Assembly: GCF_041956535.1 (NCBI RefSeq)
Contig: NW_027192214.1
Coordinates: 287,205 to 351,204 of the forward strand
Source: Calcarisporiella thermophila CBS 279.70
Lineage: Eukaryota; Fungi; Calcarisporiellomycota
Reading direction: 5' to 3'
Length of the DNA stretch: 64,000 nt
The position numbers and the translations under genes were made by a program. Of this stretch, positions 48,276 through 63,560 are shown in pieces; within the stretch, counting starts at the first letter, position 1; each line of letters opens with the position of its first letter. The notes below the pieces were generated by a model, which did no database searches, was not told the origin of the DNA, and was given only the letters and a program-made list of their open reading frames with translations.

Positions 48276-48466
48276 AACACCCATTCTTCACATAGCCCGT
48301 CTTTTGGAAGCAATCACAAATCGCGTCAACAATATTTTTGTTTCCTCTTTTATCCTTCTGTTGTTCTGGGTTATTTTTCTAAGTGGTCATGTTTATTTAT
48401 ATTATACAGTACAAATGTATTGATCTTACAGCAGAGGGATGCGAAAAGGAAATAAAATAAATCAAA

Positions 48467-49266
48467 TCAAGCCATGTTACTCTTCGACTCCCATCTTTTC
48501 TTAGCTTCAAACCTAAAAATGTGAGAAGCGGCATATTAGATCTCTTCATGATAAAGTGTAGACCAAACACTAAGTATGGGTAAAACATACGTCCAGTTCA
48601 GGCGGGGCCTTTTTCTTCGCTTTCTCTCCTGTTCCTCTCTCTGCAATTAATTAAAATCATTAATTAATCTTTGCCGTCCTAATTACTAGAAAGCTCTACC
48701 TCCAGCTGCTCGGCATGTGCTTTTCGCTCTGTAACTGATTTCAATAAGTTGGCTTGTTGTTGATGCGCAAGCTTATCGCTAAGGCGAGACGCAAGTTCAT
48801 GGTCTCCCGAAGCAATCGCGGTTTCTATTTCACATTCCAGCTGCGTCTATAACGGTAAAGGGTATGAAAAGTGAGCATAGCAGTGGAAACACGCCAATAA
48901 AAAGTGAGCTACAACCTTTGGATCAAATCGACCTTGCGGTGTCGGTTGGAATTTTTTGTCTTGTTCAGAGAAAAAGGATACTGCACTTGAAAGATTTTTG
49001 AATCTCTTAACTACTTTTCCTTTTTCCTCCTGTGGAACTTGAGATCGCTTGTTTGAAACTTCTTTCTTTAATCGACGCGTCATCTCCTGCTGCAAGATTT
49101 GAGCATTATTCTCAACGGGATTGTCTTGTATACTTTCCCTTTTTCTTCTCAGCTTCTGAAGACGAGCCCAGTGCTCCGCCTTGACATTCTGAGAAGGTTG
49201 TGATAATTCTGTAGTTTTTGAGGAACTGGATATTTTTGAGATCAAATAAGACTTGGAATACTTCAT
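48467..49266 (-). CDS. FAM204A-like protein, 4 exons
   Basis: LDVEIETAIASGDHELASRLSDKL and C-terminal RPRLNWT|FEAKKRWESKSNMA match the recalled metazoan FAM204A ending (GFEAKKRWETKSNM). Confidence 0.8.
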
Positions 49267-49475
49267 TAATCGAGTTGAAGATAGGAGAAGAGTATTTCAT
49301 AGTCACAGTCAAAAATTAGCTTGGTTGATGCTTCCTAAATATCGAATTAGCCCACGTTGGAGTCATCATGGAAGCAAGTTGATAAATATGGGATAGAAAG
49401 GAAAATATTACAGGTGATAATATGCAGTTACATTTACATGGCTCAAGGGGAAATAGACTGTGTCATTCTAAATCT

Positions 49476-51422
49476 CTATCCAGAAGATTTGGTCAACTTC
49501 TCCACCTCTCTTTTCACGAAGCTTGCGACCATGGAGTTTCGCTCTTGAGGGCTCACCTGGGTGGCTCCACCCAAGTTACTATCAAGAAAAGCCCCTGGCA
49601 ACTTAGAACGGAAAAAGTGGCTTAACTGTCGATTAATTGACTTGTATTGGTCTCGAGTTATTCTACTATTCCGATAGTATGGCATGAGATGTGACGCCAC
49701 TAAGTCTGCGACACGACGCTTTATATTGTCAGCAGTTGCACAATGAGAGCGGGAAGGCGTGGTAGTGCGAGATACAGGGTAATTTTGGGGACAGTTATGT
49801 GGATGTTCCCGCTCGTCTATGTTATTATCAGAAGTGGACACATCAGGCACGGAGGAAATTGTGACACTAGGGGCGGGACTTGCTAGTTGAGAACTATTAC
49901 GAGTTTTTCCAGTAGTATTACAAATGGCAGGGAGGTTAATTTCTAATGAATTATTTGGTTTAGTGAGAGCACGAGGGGCCACAGTTGTAGTAGGAGGTAT
50001 TGTAAAAGCTGGTTGTGATTCATAACGTGTTCTCCTCTCGTTCTCTAAGGACATTGGACTTTGAGCACTCGAGCAAAGTATAAAATCATTTCCAAGGTCA
50101 CTCTTTATCCGCTTATGAGGGTTGGAAGAGCCGGCAGCCACCCCTTTTCTCCTAACAGTAGATCCCCCTGGTATCACAGAATTTCGAGAACGATCACGCT
50201 GAAAGTTGGAAGGGTGAGGATAGGTTTGGGCAGTAGGTCGTGTAGGTGTGGGAATTGCAGAAGCGGATGTAGTTGTAGAAGCTTTCTCCGCTATTCGACG
50301 AGCACGTTCAAATTGTGCCCATAAGGCATTATCTGTATCTCCGGAATTGGTATTTGAGCTAGTTGCTCCAGCCACTGATCTCGTATTCCGTTGACTTGAA
50401 GGAAGGTGAGAATGACGCATGTCATAAGGATTCCAAGTGGAAGCGGAAGAAAGGGTAGATTCAGCGGAGCGGCGTGCTCCCAATCTTCGCTGCTGCATGT
50501 TGCCCGCTAAAAAATTTCTCCGTGACTCATTGATGACTTCTCGTTGTATCCGAGCAAAAATTGAGGAAGATCTACTTGATTCTGCTCGTCGAGAGACTCT
50601 CCTACGCCTGGCGGAGTTAGTGTGACGAGTTGGTCTTCTTCGAGTCGACCGTTGGAGATGTGCATTTTCATCTTCTGCATTGGTTCCATCAGAATGTTCA
50701 ACATCATCGGGGTTTTCGATTGAACATGAGTATTCATCACGACATTTTGGGCAATACCAGGAGCCATCAGGGACGAAATCAAGTCCAACACAGTACAAGC
50801 TAATATAAGAAAAGTTGAAAATGGGTCAATAATCCCATAAAAGTTAAAAAATATCGAATAAGGTTGGACTCAACTGGTAAGTATCGTCGCAATCATCACA
50901 ACAGATTAACTCTTCTCCCAAATCACCCTGTTGACCACAGCTTTCACAATACACAACTAGATCTAAATCGTCTACAGGAGCACCATAGTCGTCAATATTT
51001 TGGCATACGGCTTGTTTTTTCTTCTCTACATGTATTTTTCTTATAATGGGACCTTTTCATTCGATCATGAAAAGAAATTAGTAAGAAAATATCTATATAA
51101 AATATACTGTATGTGTAACCAAAGTGGCAAAGAAATGACATACCCTCAATTGTCTCTGATATATTAACCTGGTCGAACTCTCTCCTGCAAGTTGGGCATG
51201 AATTTGCAACCTAAAATATAAGTCCCGTTAAGAGCGAAAATGCGCTACCTAATAAGATTGCCACAATAATACCTCAGCCCAGAGTAACAAGCAACTGAGG
51301 TGAAAAAGATGGGAACAAGCGAGATTAGCAATTTCAGTGCCAGTGGATTGTTCTGACTGATCAGGCAACGATGAAGGATCGTTGATTGAAAGGAGATCAA
51401 TCATACATATTACACACTGCAT
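49476..51422 (-). CDS. RING-H2 + PHD + C-terminal SRI-like domain protein (PHRF1/Asr1/SCAF11-like)
   Basis: CVIC..CSHLFHLSC..|NSCPTCR; PHD C..C..CDDCDDTYH|LYCVGL..WYCPKC; C-terminal KRRVADLVASHLMPYYR..ITRDQYKSINR. Start approximate. Confidence 0.85.
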
Positions 51423-51685
51423 TGAGCTGAAATGGTATTGAAAGAAGTGAGGATTATTTCAAGGAAAAAGCAATTTCATATCCTCTCTGGAATTTAACAG
51501 TCACGTAATGCATATACGAAAAAATTACATCCAGTGGCGGTATTCAGCTAACAATAAGGTGTGATTGTTTCTATTGCTTATTACAATATAATGTATAGGT
51601 GAAAGAAAACAAAGATAATAAAGAAAGCAAAATTGTTAAAATCTATCAATAAACTGTCTTAAGCTGTCATTTCAACGAGTACATA

Positions 51686-52434
51686 TTAATAACCTATATA
51701 ATAAAAAAAGTGAGAAAATAGTCGGGCTGGATAGAATATTCCAACTGTACTTACAGCAATCACAGTCAAAAGGACATAGCGGCGTGTCTAATTATTGATT
51801 ATATGGGTTATAAGAGAGAAAATTTAGAAAATTGCATCGTTGTTACCTCCACCTTCACCAATCTTCAGCTCTTTCACATCAAAGAGCGGTAGACCATCTT
51901 CAGTAGTCCTTCCTACGATTCAATAACAAATAGTATATTAAACATGTCCAAATGAGATTTCTGTCCAGATATCCGATAAATACTTGATTTAGATCCACGG
52001 GAATCGCTGAAATTATCATCGTCATTAGCTCGGAATTTACGTTTTTCTTCCTTCTTTTTCTGCATGGAGGCTGGCTGTCCAGGCTGCTTGAATACTACCA
52101 CCCCTTCTTTGTTGTTTGATTCCGATTTTTTCACTTCGTCCTTATTTGCATCCTTAGTTGAATCTTTCTTTTTCTCTGCCGTATCCTTCTTAGTGTTTGT
52201 ATCTGGCGTCTCTTCATGTTCTAGAGTGGAAGAAGGTAGTGGTGTCTCTTTTTTGCTGAAAATGTCGTCAATTTCAGACGTAGAAGCCGAACCCTTTTTC
52301 GCTGTCCAATTACCAAACATTATTTAGTCATTAGAGGGTATACCTCTAAACTAGCAGGAAGTAAATTTACTTTCAGCCTTTGGTTCAGGTCTGGAATTAT
52401 TGTCCGTTTTGGATTTCTTCTTCTTGTTGGCCAT
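51686..52434 (-). CDS. DUF1764-family small nuclear protein
   Basis: SEIDDIF, FSDSRG..|RRTTEDGLPLFDVKELKIGEGG|DTPLCPFDCDC|CY*; final coding exon is 8 nt. Confidence 0.88.
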
Positions 52435-52571
52435 ATTAAACTCGCTGCTCTTCAAGCGAAAGCGAATTTCATTTACATTTATTGGGACTTGTTTTTTGGC
52501 TGCGCCGCTGGTTAATCAATTGAAAAAAGTACAATATTGCCGTTGGGTTTTTTGCTGTTCAACAATTCAAA

Positions 52572-53506
52572 ATGCGGCTTTTATCATTACGGGGTCCTAC
52601 GAGCCATGCATTTAGAACATTTGCTGCACGGAATCGTACACAAATTTTGCACCCGCGATTAAGGTGGTTGCCCGGGACATTTCATGACAGATCACAGTGC
52701 TTCTCGACGACTCGTCTATTATTAAATTCTCCCAGACATTCGGACCTGGACGGGGATAAGGCAGTCGGGAGTTCCGCTCAAGATACAAAGAATACCACGC
52801 TTCTACCAGAATATGAAGAGTTTGAAGAGCGAATTGACCCAAATTTATATGCTCAATTGGTTAGTGAAGAGGCGGAATCCAACAAAACTGAAAATGAAGA
52901 AGAGACTGAAGATCCAACTTGGTTTCTCGACCCAGAAGATAATACTGATACCAGCGTAACAACCAGTGAATATATACCATTGTGGAAGCGTGTATCTGCA
53001 AATGCGGAACCAGCCACGAGTCAACTCGAGGAGCATACAACACCAGTCTCTGGAATAGAATCGGCGAATGATGTTGCTGTTTTGCTACAACAAGCAAAAT
53101 TACATAATATCAAGGTGATAGATGTTAGATCTATCTGCGACTGGGCAGAGTACATGGTGGTTGCAGATGCAGGCCCTTTGAATACTCGATATTTGCATTC
53201 AGTTGCTCACCAAATTGCTAAAGCTGTAAGCCTTATCCTCTTTTTTCAATTCCCTGCCAAGCTTATTCAACGATTTTTATTTTGTTTTGTCGGAATTAGT
53301 TTAACTCTGGGCGAAAGAACTTTTCTGCGACAATCGAAGGAATTGGAAGCGATAGTGGGTGGATACTCATTGATGGCCTAAATATCGTAGTGCATCTTTT
53401 TACTCCGGAGGCCCGCCAACAATATGACCTGGAGGGTATGTGGGCGAAGTTAATTTCCGAGCCACCTGAGGAAACACAACTCTCTGCCATCGATGATCGT
53501 GGCTAA
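52572..53506 (+). CDS. MALSU1: Mitochondrial ribosome silencing/assembly factor RsfS/Iojap (MALSU1; Atp25 N-domain-like)
   Basis: Presequence, then IKVIDVRSICDWAEYMVVA and, after an intron, WILIDGLNIVVHLFTPEARQQYDLEGMW. Confidence 0.85.
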
Positions 53507-53932
53507 GTAAGATAACATTAGAAAGGACCCTCCTTCAACTATATTTTACAAAGAAAATAACATTTGTATGAATATACAATGATTCTATGTCCAGTGAGAA
53601 TGCTTGAGAATTGGTTGGGAACGATTTGCATTTAGTTTATAGATACTGAAATCTATAATTGCTGCTGGATTCAATAATATTTCAAAATGGGGAGAATTTA
53701 TATTAAAGAACCCTTTTCACTAACTGGTAGGCCATATATGAAAATTTATTGATGAGAAAATTCACTGGCAATAAATTTTTCAAAGTCTATATGGTTTTTA
53801 CCAAGTCGAATTGCCAAATCAAAATGTTCTCTAATTGGCTCGTCTACCAGTCGTACGAGAACGGTCGAGTTTAATTCCAAGTAATGTTTTTGTATTCCTT
53901 CTTTGTTCTCAACCAATCTTCAGTCGGAGAAA

Positions 53933-54806
<874 letters not shown>

Positions 54807-55061
54807 ACCTCAAATCTTTGTTTCATAGAATGAAGGTTGGGAGAGGAGGAATGGATAAAAAACATTAATTATTTCTCCATTTATCCCTATTTGCTTATTT
54901 CACCTGTGTTGTAGTCGTCTTAGTTCCTCTCTTTAATCTCCCTCCTCTTTATTTGTCAATTCGAATTTTTAATAAGAAAATTTAAGACTAACTGTTTACT
55001 GGAGCCCGTGACGCATTTTGTGACAAAATATCTTTCCTTTACTGCTCTCATTTCTCGGTCG

Positions 55062-56583
55062 ATGAGCGTAGTAAACTTGCGCTTAGAAGAAGCGAAATCC
55101 AAAGAGGAGAATAATATTCTCTGTGGAATGTATGGGCCTTCCTCCGAGTTTAGATTTCTCCTTCTTCCTTTAATTTTTTTCTCTTCTAATTAGTTGTCAA
55201 TCGCAGTTTGCCAAGTACTCTTGCCCGCGATGCAATCTTCGTTACTGTTCCTTATCCTGTTATAAAAGCAAGGTAATTAGCCAGGTTCTAACTGAAAGTA
55301 AAGTTTTAAAAGGAAAACTGACTCTATAGAATACTAGAAACATGAAGGATGCTCAGAGTCATTTTACCAGGAAAATGTTTTACTTGAAATGCAAAGCAGA
55401 GGCGTAGATGAAGAGACAAAAAATAAAACTCTGGATTTATTACGGCGTTTTCAGGAACAACAACTGGAAGAGGACGTAGAAGAATGGGATGAAGGTGAAA
55501 GTTATATTAGTGTGGCTATATATCTCCAACTAACGTTCTTCAATAAATAATAGAAAATGACAGCGACACAAGTGATCTAGCAAAGCGATTAACTGATTTG
55601 GATCTGGGTTGGCTTATCTCTTCACATTCTTTATGGCAATAGTGTACGCTCACTATTCATTAATTCTCTTGAAGATAATGCAACTTTTGAAGATATTTGG
55701 AACCGCCTTACGGAAGCTGAACGATCCGATTTTAAGGAAAAATATCTCAAAGAACCTGAACTTTTACCACTATGGAAACCATGGTGGAAGCAGCAGGCCA
55801 AAGATGAAGAAGTAGCTGTTGGAGAGTTTTCTGAAGCTCGTCCCAACCTTATAGTCGAGCTGGGTGCTGAGCAAAGTGATGAGAATACTAGTCAAGGACG
55901 ACCGGAGGTTCTTTCGGACCTAGTGCCGCTGGAAAAGTTGACAAAAAAGTCTCCTCATCCCGATATACTCTATAATATTGTTGGTGCTCTTTTTGCTTAT
56001 ACCTTTACATGCCGACGGTTGAATGGAGAGCTTTTTGAAAATCCTGAAGAAACGTGTGTGATGCTCTTGAGAGTTTGTCCAATTCTGGCACCAAGATCAA
56101 AAGTAATATACCAAAGCGTGTCCGAAGCGATTACAGATTGCATCCGTGCATCATACGAGGTGATTTAATAACTTCAGTACTTACAATAATCTTGACTCAT
56201 TTCTTCACCTTTCCCTATAGAGCTCGCACTCTTCGCAATCTATTACATTTAACGCGCTTGTTATCGAGGATGTCGCCACGCTTCTCTCTTCCTCCCTCAA
56301 TGTGCTTTCAGGGCTCTCCGAAATGGTTCGAATATTCCGAGCTTGTAATTCTCAGGCCACTCAAAGTTTCCTCGCAGAGAAGAAAGTATATTTCTATGCT
56401 GTTTATATTAAATCTCTTGGGGACAGTAATGAGATGCTCTCCATGGTGAAGGCGGCTGCACACCTCGAGCACAATCTTCTCTTGCAGCAAGAAGGCGACT
56501 ATTCTAAAGCGAAACAATTGACCGAGGAAATGCTTAAGAGTAAAAAGAATAAAAAGTCGCGTCAATTGATTGAAGAGCTCTAA
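55062..56583 (+). CDS. ZNHIT2: zf-HIT protein ZNHIT2-like (R2TP/U5 snRNP assembly cofactor)
   Basis: CG|ICQSQFAKYSCPRCNLRYCSLSCYKSK|KHEGCSESFYQENV; WKPWW; YNIVGALFAYTFTCRRLNGE; AEKKVYFY. Confidence 0.85.
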
Positions 56584-57287
56584 TATTGTGTGGTATTTGC
56601 ATCCCCTCTCTCTCCTGAAAAGATATTTTTTTAGAAAATCTTTGTATATATTGGCACGCAATTGCAGGTAACTATTTGTTTATTGATAGCTCTGCTATGA
56701 TGCCTCATTTTTCATTAACTTTAATGTTAAAGCCCTGAAAATAAACTGTTGATATCAATGTTTTATTATTATGAAAATCCACTATACACTTTAAAATTAT
56801 AGAAAGCAGAGATAACATATTGGTGGGTATCCAGAATTTGAAACTTACAACTAGAATAGTCTTATCTATGATATTGAGATTTATAAAGATGCCAGTTCAA
56901 ATCTCTGCTTCCAAATATATTGCACTGAATATAGAATATATCAAATGAATTTAAACCCAATTATCCTTGGTCATTGCAAATAAAAAATATGTCTATATTA
57001 CTGGAAATTTTAAGAGAATGCCCACTTTGTAATACTGGTGGAATGGGCGAAATATGCAGATGTAATAAATAGCCCTACTTCAAAACATCCACAAATACTT
57101 TTTAACGAATTCAACGAATGATTATATTTTTCTGTCATTGAGCTGACAGCAAGCAAAATACTTCATAATAATGATAAGTGAAAAAAAAAAGAAAAGTAGG
57201 TGTCTCTAAACACATTTGCTACGTTTAACAGTATGTAAGAAATATATATTTAAAAAAATGTTATTACTGATTCTGATTCTAGTGAAT

Positions 57288-58612
57288 TTACATCAGTCTC
57301 TTAAAAACTCGGTAGGCAATTCGTAGCATAAATGCGGTGCCTATTAAACGCAATAAAATCGAGACGACAACGGCTCGTCGGATCGCTCTCAAGTAGCTCT
57401 TCCATGCTGGCCCTCCGGCCCAAGAGGTCGTCCAGCTAAGGTTAAATAGAGGAGAGAATAGTAAAATGGCAGTTCCATAATCTAAAATTGAGAGCCAGCT
57501 TATTATACTTACTTTCCCCTCCTCTCATCTCGTTTTCCTAATTTAATGAACATCAGCACCAACAGATTGATATCTATAAAATCGAACCGAGGCATCTGCC
57601 CATCCAAAGGACGATGCGGACCCCTAGCGTCATGCTCCATCAAATCCAATAAATTGCTTGTCATTTGGAGTGTGAGGCCCCAAAGACGAAGTTTTCCGGG
57701 TGCAATGCGTTGTTCCAGCATTCCCTGTATCTCTTCAGAGATTTTTGAAGAGGAAGTTGCAGAGGTGGGACTGTAAGCAATAGTAGTGGAAGTGGAAGTA
57801 TGCGAGGTTAGGGGCGAATCCGATGACTGCGGTGTTTCGATATAATTTGGCATATTGATACAGTGAAAATGCATTTCTCCCATTATAGTGCGCAGAAATT
57901 TTCGAAACAGTCCAGAAGTGAAGTATGGGAAGAGGCGTCTGGAGAGATCGACACTGATCGGAGTCCACCGTGGATGCTCTAAATAATCATAGAAAATGGA
58001 CAACGGAATCCCTAATATAACATGTAGAGATAACATATTAGTACGAAACAAGAGTTTCAAAGGAGGTTAATTACAGTGAGCTGAAGCAACTTCTCTGAGC
58101 TGAATTGTCATCTGAGGAGTAATGGGTGACATTTGAAGATACACAAATGGGGACAAAATCATCAGAAGCCTTTTTGCGAAAGTGGAAGAAACCTCACGAT
58201 CGTCCAGAGCTCCCAAGCATAAAAACTCAGGTCCTGTCAAGTCAAGTCCGACTTCTTCACGAGCCTCCCGCTCTGCGGTTGCTCGGTCATCTCCATTATC
58301 TGCCTCCTCCTGTTTGCCACCCGGAAATGCAACATGGCCACTCCAACGATCACCCTGACGTGTTGCACGTTTGATGTATAGCAATTGAGGATCCCCTCCA
58401 CTAACCCACGGCTGCTTTACAAATTCCTCAACTGTAGTTGGAAGTTTTGAGAGTGGGACATAGGATGAAGGGCGAACTCGAAGTACTATGGCTACACTTG
58501 CACGAACTGGTGTATGCTCTGGAGATGGGAGCTTAATGGCTTGCGATTCGCGCAAATTACGGGCTAGATTAAGAAGAAGCGTGCACGGATCAGCAGATTT
58601 ACTCGATTCCAT
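57288..58612 (-). CDS. Nudix hydrolase (CoA-pyrophosphatase-like) with C-terminal TM segment, 3 exons
   Basis: RASVAIVLR; LLYIKRA..DRWSGHVAFPGG; Nudix box TAEREAREEVGL; LRLWGLTL. Confidence 0.9.
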
Positions 58613-59459
58613 GCTAAAGGTCACCCTACACCAACATTAATAATTATGCTGACTCCAATTCAGTAATTGAAAAAGCAAGATTTCCTGAAAAAGTGACCCC
58701 AACATGCAGCATTCCAAGCCACAGTATTATTATCTTGTGAATTTCAAGCACGTTCCACGGTAAGCTCAGCAAAAAGCAATATAACGCGTAAATTATCTTC
58801 GAACTTGCGAGCCAGGTTAGATGCTAGCGACTAGTGTTTTCTGAGCTTATAAGGATCAAGTTTACCGATTTATTCAAATACTTATAGATATTGAGCTGAA
58901 CAAAATACCTTACAGCTTTAATCATTCACTCAAGCTTTATTAAATTTTAGCAAAACAATTTCAAAGCAAGCATTCGTTAAATAGCTGTCAGTTAGCGGAA
59001 TAATTGGAGCAATTCGCAAATATATCAAAAAACTGTTGGATTAGATGCGCTTAGAGCAGAAAAAATTTATTAAAAGTTGAACTAGACGTGCAAAAATAGA
59101 ATATAATTATAACAAAATTAAATATATGCCTCCACCAGAGCTTTAATAAAAGTGGTGGTGATTTTGCACCTTAATCACTATTAGAATTAACTGTCCATAT
59201 ATCTCGTGATTACTAATGAAATGCAAACAGCGCTCAGTATGGTGTACACTTCATAATCGACTCTGATTATATGGTAAGGATCGACGGGATACTCGCCACA
59301 CGTTGCTAAGTCGTCGATTCCATTCACTTTCTTGAAACTGTAAGTCCTACTTTTCTTAAGAGCTCCCAAGGCTTAATATTGTCTTGTAGAAGGACACACT
59401 GTCTCCCGACTATTAGCCAAGCTAAATGAGAGCTTCCGGCCACCAATCCTAAATCCCCA

Positions 59460-60900
59460 TTATATCACCATACGAGGCTTCTCGAATTCCATGTGCAGTC
59501 GGCCCACCAACCGCTCTGGAGCCCACGATTTACAAATTTTCCCAGTCTCTGTAAAAACCATTGATTTTGATTCAATACATCTGCGATAAGTGGCCAGAAC
59601 TACTTGAAGACAAAAATGTATTGATGAATCCATCACGTACACCTGCTTGATTCGCAGCGCATATTCCGATAAAAAATTTCCAAATCCACCGACCGTCGCC
59701 TGGAGATATTTTTCCCAATTCACTAAGCTTCTCCCGGAGAAGCGAATATATTTGCAAGTAGTGGTGATCCCCGTTCCGTTCAGACGTGGGTTATTATGAC
59801 ACAAGTTCTATCACGTTAATGTGATAAATTCGCAACTCGTAACGGTTGTCACGCATAAGCGCATAATAAGGCAGCGATCGAACCTTTTGGGAAAGAGAGG
59901 TTTTCCTGTTTGCATTCCAACAATGTTTTCCCTGAAAAGTCTCAATGGACCCCGCTGTCCAAGCCAATAAGTCTCGAAAATGAGATCACAAGCAAGCTGG
60001 AAGTTAGGGTTTCCATAGGAGAGTACTTCATCATGTAACCATGCTGACTCGCTGACCAGCTGTTGTACTATTTTGGCTTTCTCAGCTATTAACTTAATTC
60101 CGCAGAAATTGTGTCAGCACAGCCCTTGCCCGCATTTGCCATTCTTCGACAATTTCAACATACGAGTTGTTACTGGGGAAAATCCTCCTAATACACCTAA
60201 ACGATGTAGGTATATACTGTTGATGTGTTTGTATGTGCAATTATCATTACGAATCATGTACACACTTCCTTGGCGGTCAGCATATCCCTGCCAAGTTGCC
60301 GGTTCACTAAGAACTAACTCTGCACAACCGTCACATACTCGAATTTCACCCTATGCTCCACTTGAAAGAAATATTTTCAGGCATCGTCCAGCTGAAACTG
60401 GTGCTATCACCTTTGAGATCATTTCATGAGCATCTCCTGCGTATACCTGTATTTCAGAATCAGGGCTCAAATTTGGCATGGAGCTTAGTCTCGATGTTTG
60501 CGCATCTCTTCCGCTAGACTCTGCAATTGAATATTCTCCCTCTAGAATACTTTCCTGGATACCCGCTGTGTTGTATGGCATTCGTGAAGCGTTGGATCAT
60601 ACAGCTCATTATGAGTTGCGTTAGACCTATCGCCAGTAGCAATGTATCTTTCTTGATCGAAAACTGAAGAATTATATATTGGAGTGGATTTTGGCAGATA
60701 TCTCCTTTGTCCTCCATTCTAATTATCAACCTGAGGAGTATCATTTGAATCAAATGAACCTGCTCCGACTCATACTCCTTCAGGAATCAGATTTCCTGCC
60801 GGAAGAGCATGCCAAACTGCTATACCTCAATAGACTCCAGTTTGATATCCAAGTACCCGAGAACCCTTGGTCGTTTTAAGCGGTCTAGCAAATAGCATGC
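59460..60900 (-). pseudogene. Possible decayed coding relic of unknown family
   Basis: One minus-strand frame runs 60581-59460 with only a few stops; protein-like fragments in adjacent frames; no recognisable motif. Confidence 0.3.
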
Positions 60901-62736
60901 AGTGCCAGCCACCTCTTAGAAAGAAGGTAAATTCGATCACTTCTCCCATGTTCAATGTCTGATAGAAGTTGGAGTTATTAATCGAATTTCCTAAGTATAT
61001 TTGGATTGTCAAGTATCAAAGCAAAAAAGAGATATTATTTGATTGACAATGAGTATAACCTAAGTCTCACGCTTAAAACCGGGATGATTATGATATATAA
61101 AATTAATGCAATGCGAATTGAATGGTCTGGTGAGGTTTGTGGTTACCGTCATGGCGAGTGCGGGGCGCTATCTGTTTATATATCCGCAAGTGGTAGTATG
61201 ACATTTTTCATGTGAACAATTAGGCGTTCGGTGGGGATGCAGTATGTGAATGGAGGAAAAGAGGCTTTTGTTCCCATCGATCTCGGAATCTCACACATTT
61301 TGGAATTTTCTTCAGTGAAAAATCAGTATCAACAAGAATAAGGGAAGGGTCGCGTTATGTTTTGCAGAAACTTTATAGTATAGTTTTTATATATGCTCTG
61401 AGGGATTTTATTTTTATTGAACCCCGAATTTGATAAGATATTTTATCTCTTGTTCTCTATGGTTTGGCTACTAGAAAGGGATTGGTCAAACATGCACTCT
61501 ATTTTAATACTTAACACTTTCAAACAAGTTCAATAATTCTTTTGCTTATTAATGAGAACATCCAAAGAAATTTAGAGCAGAAAGGAAATACAAGGTTGGT
61601 AGGCTGAGTGTGGCGTAGTAAAGTTTTAAAAAACAAATTTGGGTAGACTTTAGTTGAACGTATCAGTACGGATTGTTCGTATGAGGATACGCAATCGGAC
61701 TGGCTTTCTGCAGAAGTAAGAGTGCTCTTTGAACTTTTCTATTAAAGCTCTTCGAATTTTCCGCTTTTCACAGAACCAGGTTTATTAGCATTTTTATATC
61801 TGCTTCCACTCCACTATCACCCTTAACATCCTCCTAGGTACTTTTTTGTAAGCCTTCTGTCGAAGCTTTCATTTTTTTTCAAAATGGCAGATTGTGTCTG
61901 GCGAGTTTTCTGAAGAACTTTCAACACAAATCGTTCAATATGTTAAGATGATTGTGGACCCCCCGTTAATATTTTAAATTAGCTGTTTTGGGGTCACAAG
62001 ATAATAGTTTTAACTATTTATGCGGTTTTATTTTCCGGTATTGTTCTTCGCACTATTTGAGTGGAGTGTTTTCGATTAGACCCTTTACAAAAGAAATCGT
62101 AGAGCGGATTTCTCCCAGGTGAATACATTCACAGCCTCGAGTTAATTTTGATAAGAAACGGGCGATAAAATATCTTTTATTTATTAGGTCTTGTATTGAA
62201 TCTATCGTATCTAAATAAAAAGTATTAAAAGGAATTACCCCTACTTAATTGAATAATAGCGTGGATAGAATTAACTTAGAAAATAATGAGTAAAATATAT
62301 ACAATATAATACTGAGAAAGGATGGCAGCGCTGCTGGAGAATTTCATTTTCCATTATATACAAACGATTGCGCCCTTTTTGATTCTTAGTTTTAAAATTT
62401 ATTGTGTAGTAAGACACTTTAGATGATCGTTTTTAAAACTAGTGATAATATACTAGAAAGCAAGATTGTTTGGACTAAATTTTTAGTTAGGTTATTAGGT
62501 ACTAGAAAACATGGGATATAAAGTATCTCCGGAAATTTTTGGGGCACCTAAAAATTTATTCTTTTACCTAAATATTTCTTTACAAACAACGACCGTATAA
62601 AAAACTATTAAATATTTGAAAAGCCCATTTACGCCGTTACCATTACATATACAACTGAATACCCTTTACTAATTCTCTACAAGTGAAATATTAATATATT
62701 TCGGGAAATTTTTTAAATCCAGATATAGAGATTTTA

Positions 62737-63560
62737 CATGGTGCCAACATTTTATTCTCTTTCTTTACATGGGCATTATAATGAATACTCAATAATTTGT
62801 ATAAATAAAGTGCTCTCCGACTACCACCTAGTATATCCTCCTTTTGCCTTAATATCGGCTTGGATCCGTTCCGTCATCGTGCGGATCAACTTCAAACAAT
62901 CCTCCTGAGTGAGTGACTCCCAGACGATATTCACCTTTTCCCACAGATCATCCTGGCTCGTTATCTTTGGGAATCTGCTCCTCAGATGTCCTTTTATCTC
63001 AGCCCATAAATTTTCTATGGGGTTGAGATCTGGAGATTGTGAAGGCCAATGGAGAACTTGGATTTGGTTATTTTCAAACAATCGATCAATGAGTTTGGCT
63101 TTGTGCTTGGGGTCGTTGTCGTGTTGAAACACTATTTCTTGTTTGCTGAGATTATACAGTTGAAGCGTGGCTATCATCTCTTGGTCGAGGATTCTTGAAT
63201 ATATTTCAGCGTTAAGATTTTCTATTATGCGATATGCCCTTCCAATGCCGTATGAAGTCGTGTATCCCCACATCATAATGCTTCCGCCACTGTGTTTGAT
63301 CGTTGGCTGTATATGGCGCTCTTGTAGTGGTTCATTACGCTTCTTCCAGAACCACTCTCGCCTTTCATTGCCAAAGATGCGTATTTGGCACTCCTCCGAA
63401 AATATGACACGGCTCCAATCTTCTATGGTCCAACTGCTGTATTTCTTTGCAAATGTCAGTCTCCTAAGGCGATGCCTTTTCGATAGAAAAGGTTTTTTTC
63501 TCTTGACCCTAGCTACAAAATCATTACGATGGAGTGCTTCACGAACAGTACTGGATAGGT
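62737..63560 (-). mobile_element. 5'-truncated Tc1-family (DD34E) transposon remnant
   Basis: KKPFLSKRHRLRRLTFAKKY..WSRVIFSEE..KHSGGSIMMWG..FQHDNDPKH..WPSQSPDLNPIENLW..KAKGGYTRW; 34 residues between the second D and E; N-terminal HTH missing; candidate TA + TIR end at 62735-62757. Confidence 0.93.

Noticed and set aside
48972-48981. GTATCCTTT U12-type donor in the FAM204A-like gene
   Set aside because: Lies in an open coding exon with no U12 branch site.
49264-49300. Two nearby ATGs both encoding MKYS in different frames
   Set aside because: Too short to separate a micro-duplication from chance.
50790-50900. Apparent loss of the PHD His ligand (DTYQL)
   Set aside because: Splicing at TAC CA|gttgag...ttag|C TTG restores YHLYC.
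61951-62000. GACCCC/GGGGTC inverted repeat
   Set aside because: Short and imperfect; no TSD or second copy seen.
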